DNA of 59,330 nt, counting the filler, from Catajapyx aquilonaris (taxonomy: Eukaryota), in assembly GCA_000934665.2 (NCBI GenBank). It is 3 parts of 3 records of this genome, joined end to end, with 100 filler letters (N's around TTAATTAATTAA, not from the genome) between each part and the next. Parts side by side here need not be neighbours in the genome. Positions count along the whole stretch, not along the records: positions 1 to 19,719 come from JYFJ02006403.1; 2 more parts are not named here. One strand, given 5' to 3'. Positions 1 through 12,100 of this stretch are shown piece after piece (within the stretch, counting starts at the first letter, position 1; the number at the start of each line of letters is the position of its first letter). The position numbers and the translations under genes are program-made. The notes under the pieces were generated by a model that saw only the letters and a program-made list of their open reading frames with translations, was not told where the DNA came from and made no database searches.

Positions 1-351
1 CATTCCTTATGGTCCTAGGAAGCACCATGCCAAGTGGCACACTTTCATCATCAAATGCCAGGTTTTACCGAAATATGACGCTAACCGCTTCCACTAAATG
101 TACCCGGACCAAAAGTGATCAGTATAGTGTCCAAGTGAAGATTTCCCCACTACAAAACCGACTGCAAGTCACTTGCGGGACCCCTCAACCTGCCTGCAAC
201 TTGTGGCTGCAAGTCTGCAATCTGCAGGCCGACTTGCAGCCTGCAAGGGTGTTCGTTTTCGCTCCCTCCCGCAAACCGCAGGTAACCCAGGTAACGTAAA
301 CACTTTCGCGGCTGCAACTTTCCAGGCGGGCGTTCATTTTGCAGCCCTTAA

Positions 352-861
352 GGGGCCGCATTAGTAAAAAAATACAGTAACAATCGGTAACAATGCGAGC
401 CCTTGGCGACTACGTAAACAAACTCGCGTTTGCATGGACAGCATATGGGGATTCGACATGTCCACGCATCGGCGGCCTTACGGCCACAAAAATGGTGCAA
501 TGGACACAGAAATTACACCAAAAAATAGGACATGATCTGGCGCAGGGCACCTTCGGCGTCATTTTCCCATTTTCGACCTAGAAGTGACATTTTCATCGAG
601 TTCAAGTGAAAGGAAAATGGAGTTCCCGAATAGCCCATTTGAATAACATGGCGGCAGGAACGCGACAAATTCGGGAACGCATCGGCGCCCGTATGTCCAC
701 AATTTTAATGCAATCATATCGAGCATGGTACCATAGTAAAGGCCAAACCTTTCCGCAGGGCACTTTCGGCGTGATTTTTCCGATTAACCGTCCGTTTCGC
801 CACAAAAAAAAAAATTCCCTCAAAAATGCGCCTACCGTATTTTATTTACTCATGCGCCCCC
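352..861. mobile_element. Non-autonomous TTAA-targeting DNA transposon (Kolobok-like MITE)
   Basis: TTAA at 348-351 and 862-865. Imperfect ~29-bp TIRs: GGGGCCGCATTAGTAAAAAAATACAGTA versus right-end revcomp GGGGGCGCATGAGTAAATAAAATACGGTA. The paralogous intron of gene B has a single TTAA (gaacTTAAtatgcacatccc, ~12279). TTAA TSD with RR..YY ends fits Kolobok rather than piggyBac (CCC..GGG). Confidence 0.7.
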
Positions 862-947
862 TTAATATGCACATCCCTAGTCCATCACTAGTAGCAAAGG
901 ATTGTGTGGGTTTAGATCCTCTTTATCATTGATTCTACATGTTGCAG

Positions 948-2387
948 GCTCCTGTTTATGAGGACAAAGAAGACATTGAGCAGTCCTTTTCTGATCTGAG
1001 TAACTCTGGGGATCAGTATATTCCTATACGTGACTCAGATGACAAGACCTGTGGTGTCTTGAAGAGGAAGAGGAAGAATCGAAGAGGGAAGGTGTGTGTT
1101 GCCATATTAATTAGGGGCCATTTAAGGTTGCAATTTGTCTTTAGGGGAAGGGTGAGTTATTTCTGACTCCTAAGACAGTTCGTCATTCACATGTCTATGA
1201 GGCGAGAGTGGGAGGGAGAGGAAGATGAGCATTACATGGGTGAAAATGTGGCAAAAGCACATAACCAGATCAACCCATAAAATGGCATCAGCTGTGTTCA
1301 TAGTCAACACTGATTGTGAACTAGCTCACTCTGTACTAAAATACCTAGGCAAATGCTGTCCAATAGATAAAAGCCAATGCTTCACAGTTGAAAGTTGAAA
1401 AATTTGACTGAAAGAGAGCCCAATGTGTGCAAATGTATGAATTCTACACCTGTCCATCATGTGGCTCCTGCCTTGGAATTTGGAGTGTACCGCTGTTCAA
1501 AGATGAGTATTTTCTTGCTTAAGCTACCTCTTGATTCAAGATTGCCTTTGAGCTGTGGTGGTGGGAAAGGCCATATTTTCATTGATTTTGCTTGCCATGA
1601 TTGGATCAATGAACAACACTAATACAGTTTAGAATGTGTGTTTAATTTGTGCAGTAGTAATGTTGCATTTTTTTAAAAGGGTAACTGCAATATGCAATCA
1701 GCTAAAACAAATACATCGAGAACCACTGGAGACTTCCATATGGATGCTGCATCTTCAGATGATTTGTGCGTGGGCTTGAAAAAGAAACCAAGGGAAGAGA
1801 CAGCAAACAAGAAGAAGCCAGGAACAGTCCACACTCAAGTGAAGCAGAAGTTGACTGGTCATGAAAGACTCAGATCTGATGGTGGACCTTACTCATGCAG
1901 TGATTGTGATAGGCGTTGTACTACAAAGGATGGGTTACAAAGGCATTACAGGGAAGTCCATCTTGGTGTGAGGCCTTACTCATGTGACATGTGTGACAAG
2001 AAATTTGTTAGGAAGTATCACATGGTTGATCATAGGAGGAGTCACACAGGAGAAAGGCCATTCCAGTGTGAATGGTGCGAAAAATGTTTTTATTCAAGTT
2101 CTCATTACCAGGTTCATGTTCGGATTCACAAGGGATTGAAACCATTTCACTGCACCACTTGTGGCAAAAGATTTGTTCAGTCAGGACACTTACACTCTCA
2201 CATGTTAATTCACTCAGGCGAGAAGCCTTTTGAATGCAGTACTTGTGGCAAAAGATTTGTTCGATCAGGAGACTTACACCGGCACATGTTAATTCACTCA
2301 GGTGAGAAGCCTTTTGACTGCAACATTTGTGGGAAACAGTTCAACCACAAACGCTCAATGCACCGCCATATGAAATTAGTCCATTAG
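948..2387 (+). CDS. C2H2 zinc-finger protein A, last two coding exons (6 fingers); 5' exons outside window
   Basis: Exon 948-1091 (ttgcag|GCT...AAG|gtgtgt; alternative phase-0 donor gtgagt after 1151) encodes an acidic stretch plus KRKRKNRRGK. Exon 1680-2387 (aaag|GGT...TAG) encodes six C-x2-C-x12-H-x3/4-H fingers with TGERPF/SGEKPF linkers. Confidence 0.9.
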
Positions 2388-3369
2388 GCATGGCACAAAG
2401 TTGCATATTATGAAGAAAAAACGAAATTTAAGAAATGCCAAGATAGACCCACCTATACAGGTGAAATCATGGCTCATTTGAGTATAGAATTGAGTTGAGT
2501 TGAGGTTCAGGACAGTAATTTCGTTGTCCATATAACAAAAGGACAAATTCGACATTTTTATACTTTTAGAGGGGAGACAAAAGAAACCTGCAAACTGCTC
2601 CAAAAAAAAAGAGAATGCCAGCCTACAAGTCTAAGTAAAATAGAGTGGAATGGGACAGTGCTTATGGGGCACATATTACGCAGGTACTATGCAGCATGTA
2701 TCAAAGATGATATTGTTGTGAATTCACCCTTGTGTCAGATTTTGCTTGGACTAAATGATTGTTGCTAAAAGGACGTATACCGGTATATGAAGGGGTGCAA
2801 AATAATGAGATTTATCCGAGGTATCCTATTGCATGAGAATGACAGGTTTGGTAAGGAACATAAATGAGACACTGCATAACATGATACCTCAGTGTGAACA
2901 ATATTAAACGATAACAAAGTTACACATTCTGGAGTAAAATATTTTTGGGTACTGTTAATAATAATGCGAGAGGCAGTGGGGAATAAGTCGAGATTTGAGA
3001 GGAATCACTACTGAAATATGAAATCTCAAAAATATCGTCTACTTTGCATTGCAGAAATGATAATAGTTCTGTTGGGCTCGTCCTTTTTCTGAGATTCACA
3101 ATCTTCGTGATGCGATCTGCCATATTGATTTGCGGCTCTTACTCTGACGTAATTTGTCCCATGACCACCCCGTTTTGTCAGAATGCGACTTAACACTTGA
3201 TTGCGCTGGCCGTGGCCGTAACTCAATTTTAGAATAGACGTTAAATTCGTCTATTTGTCATATTGGCGACTAATTATTACACAGTCTCACAATTTCGTCT
3301 TCGGTGGATCTCCTCTCATGCAAATGGAGAATCAAGTTGATATCCAGTAGTTTGCTTAAGAACACATTA

Positions 3370-3720
3370 CAAGCCATCTTGATGTGACGCCTAACTCATG
3401 TGACATAATATTTATTTGGAAGTCACATATGGAAGTTCACAGAAGAATTCACAGAGGAGAAAAGCCATTCTAGTGCAAAGTGTGCGAGAATTATTGTTTT
3501 TTTAAAGTTATAGTTACTGCTATCATGCTTGGCTTCACAATGGATTGAAACCATTCCCTTGCATCATTTGTGGGAAAAGATTTGCATAATTATTCAACTG
3601 ACTTGCAAAGACATATACTATTTCACACACGTGAGAAACCAATGTAAATATAACATGTGGGTAACTGTTCAACCAAAGGGGAAATGTGAAGAGGTATGTA
3701 AAATCCATGCATTAGGCAAA
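3370..3720 (+). pseudogene. Decayed zinc-finger exon, paralogous to genes A/B
   Basis: Colinear similarity to 13420-13850 (catcttgatgtgacgcctaactcatgtgacat; tatttggaagtcacatatgg; cacagaggagaaaagccattctagtgc; ggattgaaaccatt; tgtgggaaaagatttg) with stops and frameshifts. Confidence 0.75.
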
Positions 3721-4422
3721 ATAATCAGTTGTGTATTTTGAAAAGTGTATTTTACAGCCAAGGTCACTCCAGACCTTTGTGGAAATCCTTGTGTGCTTCT
3801 TAGCACATGTCGCCATTAGAAGCCAGCTCATAAATCATCAAATTTTGGGCCATCAAGTGAATAAATTAAATTTATCGTGAGTTCAAAGTTATTCAGACGC
3901 TTAATTTTTTTTTTCAAGAATCTCAATGATTTCAAATTTTTTTCGGACTGAATAATATATTGCATCCTGGTGGATTGGAATTGTCTGTTATGTGTCCCCT
4001 AACACAAAAACATGATTAATTTATGGATACTATGCGCTTGCAGGTGATTTAATAAAACTGCAAAATATTAGTGATAATTGGAGAAACATGCCCATCGTGA
4101 CAAAGATGGTGTTGGTTGTCCCATTCATGTTGTTTTAACTTTTAACAAGTGTAGAACTCTTTATTCCACAGCACAATCAAACAATATTTTTGGTCATAGT
4201 GTAGAAAAATAATGTATTGTGGGATAAATAATGCTCACATTGTCACACTGAGTTTCACATTTTTCTTGTTTGCCCTTGAATCCTCTGCCGTCTCAGATTT
4301 TTCTGTTTCTGAGGCTACTTGGGTCTGGGCTCTGGGCAGAGCTGGGTTGGATTGAAGCACCTGGTCTATCTCCTTCGAGTCAGGGGAGTTGTGGAGGATT
4401 GGTACGGGCAGAAAAAGCCCCT

Positions 4423-4553
4423 GTGGCCCCCGTGGACCAGGATGGATGGGAACAGCAACGACGCGGGTGTCCTGAGGGAGATCTTGTCTCGGGTGATCTC
4501 ACTGGAGAGATGGGCCAGGAATGGAGGGTACAGAGGGCGTGGAGCAGGACAGG
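4423..4553 (+). pseudogene. Diverged, frameshifted copy of the ZF-family first coding exon
   Basis: gtggcccccgtggaccagg resembles ATGGCCCCCGTGGACCTGG. A shifted frame reads VLREILSRVISLERWA. It ends in G|gtgagt and is followed by the same intronic motif (acaagtggt...ggctgccaacc) as the copies at 6410 and 16330. Confidence 0.55.
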
Positions 4554-5097
4554 GTGAGTTGGGGACATTCATTTTTATTAGGTTGCGAGTCACAAGTGGT
4601 ACGTCACAACACTTAGCCACAATCATGGCTGCCAACCTACTCAGTTGCAGAAAAAGCTGGGACTGATTAAATCTTAATTCTGTGTCATGTGAGCCTTATT
4701 TACGAGCAACAAAGTGGGGCCACCTTGAAGTGCTAAGCAAGCTGCATGAATTTTGCTTTTATGAGGCAATGGGAAAAATCAGAGAAAATGTGCACAATAA
4801 GCACAGATAAAAATGTTCTCATAGCTCTACCCGCCATGTAAGTAAATAATCTGCTCCACTCAGAGATTGAAGTCTGGCCTTTAGAATGACATGCTGTTGT
4901 GTTGGGTGTGGTTAACTTATCCCACAACCCGCCCCCCCCCCCCCCCCTCTTCCCCCCAANCTTCTTCTCACCCTTCTCACCCACCCCAACCTTGCAATCC
5001 CACACTTTCCTCTCCTACCCCCGGCTGCCAAGGCTCGACTCAGACAGAGCCATACAAGCTGGGTAACCCTTCCTACCAACCAACCAACCTACCAACA

Positions 5098-5521
5098 ATT
5101 TGCCTGAAAATTGTATATGTTGTAGCCCAGACCATCCTGATCAATGTTGGATAGGGACATTACGAGGTAGGATCTACAGGGAGCATGCTAATGGCCTCCG
5201 AAGGTAATAGGGGGAGTAGTTCGTAGACTACAATAAATCTCAGGAACTCAATAATGGTTATTGCATTAAATTATCTATTAATCTTTATTACCTATTCATC
5301 TGGTTCAAATTCTACTTCTTGAAGGTTGTCATCTGGAGTTTCCTCCAGCTGCACTTCAACATTCATTGTAAGGAAGTGAGGTTTCTCTCACAGCAGTCTT
5401 CTAGCCTCTTCGATGAATAGCAATTAGCATGCTCCCTGTAGGTCCTACCTCGAAATGTCCCTAATAATCCAACATTGATCAGGATGGTCTGGGACACAAC
5501 ATATCCAATTTTCAAGCAAAT
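5098..5521. mobile_element. MITE-like inverted repeat (~95-bp arms)
   Basis: 5098-5191 (atttgcctgaaaattg...gggagcatgctaat) matches the reverse complement of 5423-5521; no clear TSD. Confidence 0.7.
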
Positions 5522-5938
5522 CGAACGGAAGGCCACTCGCCCATATATTTTGTGCCTCATCCTTTCTCCAGGTAGGACCACTTATGAGTTTTGGTGTGTC
5601 CACAGATTCCTTGGATCACTCGTAAGTTTCATGACATGCTTATGGAGATGTTTGTAGGGGATTGAAGGTTGCAAAGGATGATGGAAATCATAATTGGAGG
5701 CAATTGGAGGGAAATACACACCTCATTGCCAGAGCTGTCGATGTCGCCGCTCCTCTGTTGCTGGAAGGCAACTGTCCATGCAGAATTTTTACTGTACCTA
5801 ATTTGTAACCTGTTCACTTGAGATGAGACCCTTATTATCCATATCACACTGAGGCCTGGAGCCACCTGCGCAGCTGAAATCATGGCCCACTTTATAATTT
5901 GGAACTGATTTGAGTTGATAAGGTTCAGCACAACTTCA

Positions 5939-6050
5939 GCGCTATCCGTTCCGTATTAGTTCTTCACAGTCGCTGCTTTCCTTGGCCCCAACAGCTACGC
6001 GACATTCTCCCCCCCCACCCCTGAATCCAACATGGCGTCCGTTGCGAGAA
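5939..6050 (+). promoter_or_regulatory. Conserved putative promoter/5' leader of ZF gene B with YY1-like CAACATGGCG motif
   Basis: Closely matching block at 15880-15985 upstream of gene C (gcgctatccgttcc...ctgaatccaacatggcgtccgttgcgag). In B the ATG within the motif opens only a 10-codon ORF. Confidence 0.5.
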
Positions 6051-6174
6051 TTTTCTCTTCTTGAGACGATTGTTGGTCCGGATTGTGGAGGTGGAACAGG
6101 GTTGGATCGAGTCACAAGTTGTCTATTTCTAATCAAGGGAGTTGCAGAGAGTAGTCTCGATAGGGGAAGGAGCC

Positions 6175-9100
6175 ATGGCCCCAGTCGACAGTGAGTTGGT
6201 GATGGAGATGACAACATTGTCCGTGAAGCGTCTTATCCTGGAGCTGATCCTTCCTCGACTGGACTCGCTGGAGGATGGTGTGGGGGCCCTGAAGGAGTGG
6301 GCCTGGTGTGGCGGGTGCAGAATAAGTGGAGAGGAGGAAGAGGGTGAGTTGAAGGAGGACTTGCAATTTTAAAAAAGAGGGATTTCGACAAGAGGCGCTG
6401 TTGTTGTAAGACAAGTGGTGGTCGCTTTCCAATCAGGGCTGCCAACCCTCTCAAATTAAAATCAAATGTAATTATTCCCTAACGAGCTACAGGTATACCA
6501 TAGGGTATAGGGTATACCTCTCGCCATAGTGAAAAAGTTGGACCCTCATATTGCTCTCTGAACATACCTTGCCTTCCCAAAGTTGCCTTCCCATGCTGAC
6601 GTGCTCAATGACCACCATTCCCATATTATATCCCATGTAAAAGCCCTCTGTGGGTCACATGTGAACGAGAGTGCTGAGAGTCAGGGTTTGACTGGAATGC
6701 GCTTTACCTCTTCAGCTGCAGATGATCCAGGAAACTCACCATCTGAAGATCTCACTAGTTCAGTTGATGCTCAAGTTGAAAATGGAGATTCCGTGCCTGT
6801 GGACAGCATCGAAACTGAGCTGGACCAGTGCAAGGAGGAGGAGGAGGTCATAGTGGAGAATGAAGGACCACAAGAAATCCACAGCTGGGTGAGGATGACT
6901 GAAATTGCTCATTTATAGGGTATGGCTAGGTCAAATGAAATGGCCAGCTCAAATATCTAAGGGGTATGAGACGTTATGGTGCAACTGAGTCATATTTTTG
7001 GAGCGCAAACATAGTACATATCCATGCTGTAAACTAAAGTGCGGAAAGCCAAATTACCATATGATGTCATCGTTTCTTACATTGTTCCTTTTTGTTGCTA
7101 CTGTTTACTCATATTGTTGATTGTTGATGACCAATCAAATTTACTTATAATTTCATTGTGCAATGAAATATTAAGCTGACCAGTGTTGCTACAGATGACA
7201 TTTTTCAATCCAGAGTTTTTGTTTAACCTTAACAATGGTAATGACCTTTCCTATTTAATGGTAGAATCAAGACTGGGGATCCAAAGGAGACAGGACATCC
7301 ATAAACATCAGTGAAATTGCTGTTCCCTCGAATGAGATTCAGTCCGATACAGAAGCACTAGTTGGCAATTCGGCAAATGCAGGTATGATTGTGATGCACA
7401 CAGTGTTTCTCATAATTAACATCGGATAAGTTGTAGGTATTTATCTTTGACATACAATATGGTACTGTATGTTGTAGTGTTTATGTAATGCTAATTACCT
7501 CAGATACTTGACTGCTTGGACTAAATAGCATTGCTGCCAAAAGCATTCCCTTGATGCCCAAGAGTGCACCTTAGATGTTTATTGTTGGCCCGGGTTATTT
7601 AATATCAAAGGCAATGATTGGCGCATCTCCTTGACAAACGTCTGGCCAGAGGAACATGGCTCTTCTATCTGGCCAATCACAGACGGGCGCTCCCCCGCGC
7701 CACAGGAGAAGTGTTGCATGCCCTTGTACTTCTGTATACCCTTGATACAGTACCTGGGATACAGTGCTTTCCAATCTTTTTCGTCGGCGACCCCAAAAAA
7801 ACCGGCACTCAAAATTCGCGACCCTCCTGATGTGCACACTCCTGATGTGCGTTATTATTGCCACGTACTAGGCCTACCTATACCAGAAGAATGAAGATAA
7901 TAATTATAATAAATTGCTGGTAGGGCATGCGGGAAGGGGGCAGAGGTGGGTAAAGGAGAAATTAATATTCATTGTACTAATTTTCCATACAAATATGATT
8001 TATTGCCATATGAAAAACATCTCCAAAAACCTCTGCAAAAACCAGACGGTAAGGAGGAAATGGAGTTTGAGGAAATATTGCACGTATTTACTGAATTTAT
8101 TAGTAAATTCAGCCCAAAATAACTTTCACCATCAGTATGTGTGATCCAAGTTATTTTGAGCTGAATTTACCACAAGAACCGGTTTCCCTAACAGTATTTC
8201 TTCTAACTCCATTTCCTCCTTACCTTCCGCTTTCTTACATTTTTTTTTTTGTTTCCCTCTTTTTCTGCACAGAAAAAAACCTATTCTGCTTTACTATGTT
8301 GGAGTTCCCCCCCCCCCCCACCCCCCTATCCTTCTCCTAAAATTGAAAAATATGTGTCCTCCCTACTTTAAGCAAATTCCTTGCTGCCTGCACATGCTCA
8401 ATGACACCTTTTGCCACCGTCTCACTGGTACTGGATAATTCCTCGTGTCATGTAGTAACCCTTGGCATACATCATCTACTTTTCTTTTGACTGACTCCTT
8501 AGCATTACCCCTGTCGCCAAACACGTTCCTCGTTTGCACTATTTCTTTGTGATATTCCCTATCTTCTTGCAAAGTGTCTATTGTCATGCCAATCATGCTT
8601 GAGACAGTGTGGGGTTGTTTGCCAAATACACAATGTATGTGCTTTCACAGGTTACCCTTAACCAAATTATCAGAACAGGTGCATGAAACATTATGGATGC
8701 ACACATGACATTCATCACACATCATAGAGTAAGTAAGCCCTTTGCACAATAATTGATCTACATTTTTTTCTTGGACTGTGTGTATTTTCCCACTTCCTTC
8801 CTCTGACACCTGCGACGTCATTTCCTCACTGTTCATGATACACTGCAACTTACAATTAGAGCCCTCTTTATGTTTTCGTCTTGAATCCGCAATTTTGGAC
8901 GTTAACTTGCCCATCTCCAATTTAATTTTGGCATCAAATTCTTTGTCCAGTATCAATTCTTCCAGCACAGCGATGCACTTATCCACACGCTTACACTTCT
9001 TAACCCCCATGTACATGTACTTCAGTTTCTGGTGGTAAGACTCCAAGAACATATTCGTATTAAGTCGAGCTCCTTTTTTGAAGCAAAAAAAAACCGTGTC

Positions 9101-12100
9101 CATGATGAGCACATGCTGAGACGACAGATGACAGACAAGTACAAGGGCATGCCACACTTCTCCTGTGGCGCGGGGGAGCGCCCGTCTGTGATTGGCCGGA
9201 TAGAAGAGCCATGTTCCTCTGGCCAGACGTTTGTTCTCCTTGTAACTGCCTCCTCCCCATTTAAAAGGAAGGAGTGAATAGCATTCTTTGAAAATATAGA
9301 GATTATTATTTGCAGAAGTACAGTTTAATGTCATTGCATTTTTGCAGGTGGAGAAGCAGCCTCAACATGTGGCCACGACCATCCTGAAGAAGATCCCCAA
9401 TGCTCCACACTTGATGGGGGAGACTCGCATCAAGATGCACAACTTGGGAGCAGGCAAAACACTGTGGTATGGGAAGAATACCACACATTTTTCCTTATCA
9501 ATTTGGTAGTGACACAAATGTTGAAGAAAAATGAACAATGTTTACTTATGCAGATATGAAATATTGTTAGATAAAGAGTAATACGTTTTCCTCTGTGATG
9601 GTAGAATCAAGACTTGGAAGCAGAAACCAGATTTTGTTTTACATTCAAACTGTGCTTCTGAGACATGTAAAAAAATATACAGGGAGTAAATGAATTCAAA
9701 AGACAAAGTTCTAGGGGTGATAGAGGGGACCAAGAAACACATTGTTCACAGAGGAAACCGTGTCCAGAAACGCCATCTAGAGGGGGTTCATAGACAAGGA
9801 ACGGGTGCGATCAGACGTGTCAGGCGGGCGGAGTTAGCAAGTTGACTGTTTAGTTGCTAGGTGGCTAGCGGATTGTACACAACTTAGCAATTGGCAATAA
9901 CCTGGCAACAACAGAGCCACTTAGCAACTAAAGTCAGCATGCTAGGTAGCGCGCAGATAATAAGCAACAACTTTGTTGTTGCCAGGTTATGGTGAATTGC
10001 GAAGTTGCATACAATCCGCGCGCCACCTAGCAACTAAACGGCCGCTCCCTAACGCCGCCCACCTGACGCGTCTGTGCGCACCGTTCCTTGTCTATGAACC
10101 CCCTCTAGATGGCGCTTCTGGACACGGGTTCCTATGTGAACAGTGTGTGTCTTGGTCCCCTCTATCACCCCTAGAACTTTGTCGTTTGAATTCATTTACT
10201 CCCTGTATATTGTTTTACGTATCTCAGAAGTACAGTTAGAATGTAAAACCATTACAATTGATAAGTGAATAGGACTCTGAATTGGGACTTAGTTCACGGA
10301 TGGGGGATTCTGGAAGTGGAAAGTGGTGTAACTTGGACTTCGGAAGTGATTTTGTATGATGATATCTTAGGCCACACTATTATTTACTACCCTTAGGGTG
10401 CTGCTTCAGAAGTCTCCAGTGGCACTGAACCTGATGGGGATGTCTGGATGAATCCATGCCATCGGCTGCAGCTGACCCATCAAGTGACCCATCTCCTGGC
10501 CCAAGCGGAAGGGTGACCAGGAACAAACGAGCATCTGTGAGTGATGTTATGGTGAAAAAAAGGAAATGTTTTCTATTTTCAACAGTGAGGACGACATTTT
10601 TTGGCTACTTTGCAAAACTTGGATTCTTTATTCAATATTAAAATATTAAGGATCTATTATATTTTACCAGTAATTTGCAAGCAATATGTTGATAGACAGC
10701 ATTGCCAAGTTTGTATACCATTTCCAAAAGACACAAACTTATGCTGTGTTGTTCCCAGCCGTGAAATAATTCCATTGTAGAACTTGAACACTATACACTA
10801 TACACTGTGGAAAACCAAACTACTGTCTGATGTCCTCGTTTCTTACATTGTTGCTTTTTGGTGCTGCTGTTTACTCATATTGTTCTGTGAGGGTATATCC
10901 ACGGAAACTTGATGACGTCACATCACTGTTTCGTTTTCCACACTGTATGTAAGGCATATTGTGCATCAGAGTGTGACAGGAAGTCACATAATTAGTTGAG
11001 GGGAACTGCAGGAGATAATTATTGGTAACGGTGCAGTTTAACCCCACAAAAGTTATGCAGGTTTCTATATATTTTCTGAATCCACTGGATGAGCTGAGTC
11101 CAGTGACACTATTCCCAGCAGGGCTGGTTCTGCGGTTTCCAGTGCCCCTTCGCAGCCTGAAACGTGGCACCCTCATGTTTTAAGAAAGCCTAAGCTGTAT
11201 TTACTTACACATGCATTTCTGATGTACAAATACTCCAGGATCACTCAGTCTGTGTTTTCAATGGTCATGACATAAATCAACATTGCAGGTTAACTCTCAG
11301 CGGTAAATATGCAGTGCTCCGTGCCTGGCACAGTGGCTCCCCTTTTCTCTACAGCCCCCGTGCCATGCTTAGCGAGCTAAGTGTGTTGCGCCGGTCCTGA
11401 TTACTAGTGTTGGGAAATGTTTGGTTCAAGAGGAATTGAATTTTGAAATTGCAAGTAATAACAATCAATAAATGAAAATAAACAACTGTTCCTTTGTTGA
11501 AACAGTTTACTCCCATTCCTGAGGGAAGGCATCTACATGGTAATTTTACTCGTAATGTGGCAGTTGTGTGTACACAGCATTACTGTCTGCATTGTGGTGG
11601 CGTAGATGCGGGTGTTGCGTGATGTGGGTTTGACAAATCCACAATAAAGTTCGTTGGCCTGCGGCACCACAAGACGGACAGTAAATATCACGGATTGAAA
11701 ACTCACAATAAGCGCCTAACTCTGCTATCGCTCCTCATGAACTGAAATTATTAAATAAAATGCATGGGCGAAGTACCATTTGTGACAAAGCTACAGGATG
11801 GATGGTACTTGTGCGATCACTCCAATTCCTCACAGATAACACCAACACAATGCCTTGAATATTTTTAAAAATGCCTCGGCCATGAATGCTCCTGAATGAT
11901 GTTAAATTAAAGTCTTACACTCTAGTTGTATATCCAACAAACCAAGAACAACCGTTTATATACGTCATTAAGCATCCCTCACAGCACTTTGCCATGGCAG
12001 CTATCACAGTTCCATGGAGAATCACATCATGCAACAATGGGAGTGGACAGTTTAAACAAAGGAATACTTGTTTACTTTCATTTTATTCATTATTGTTATT

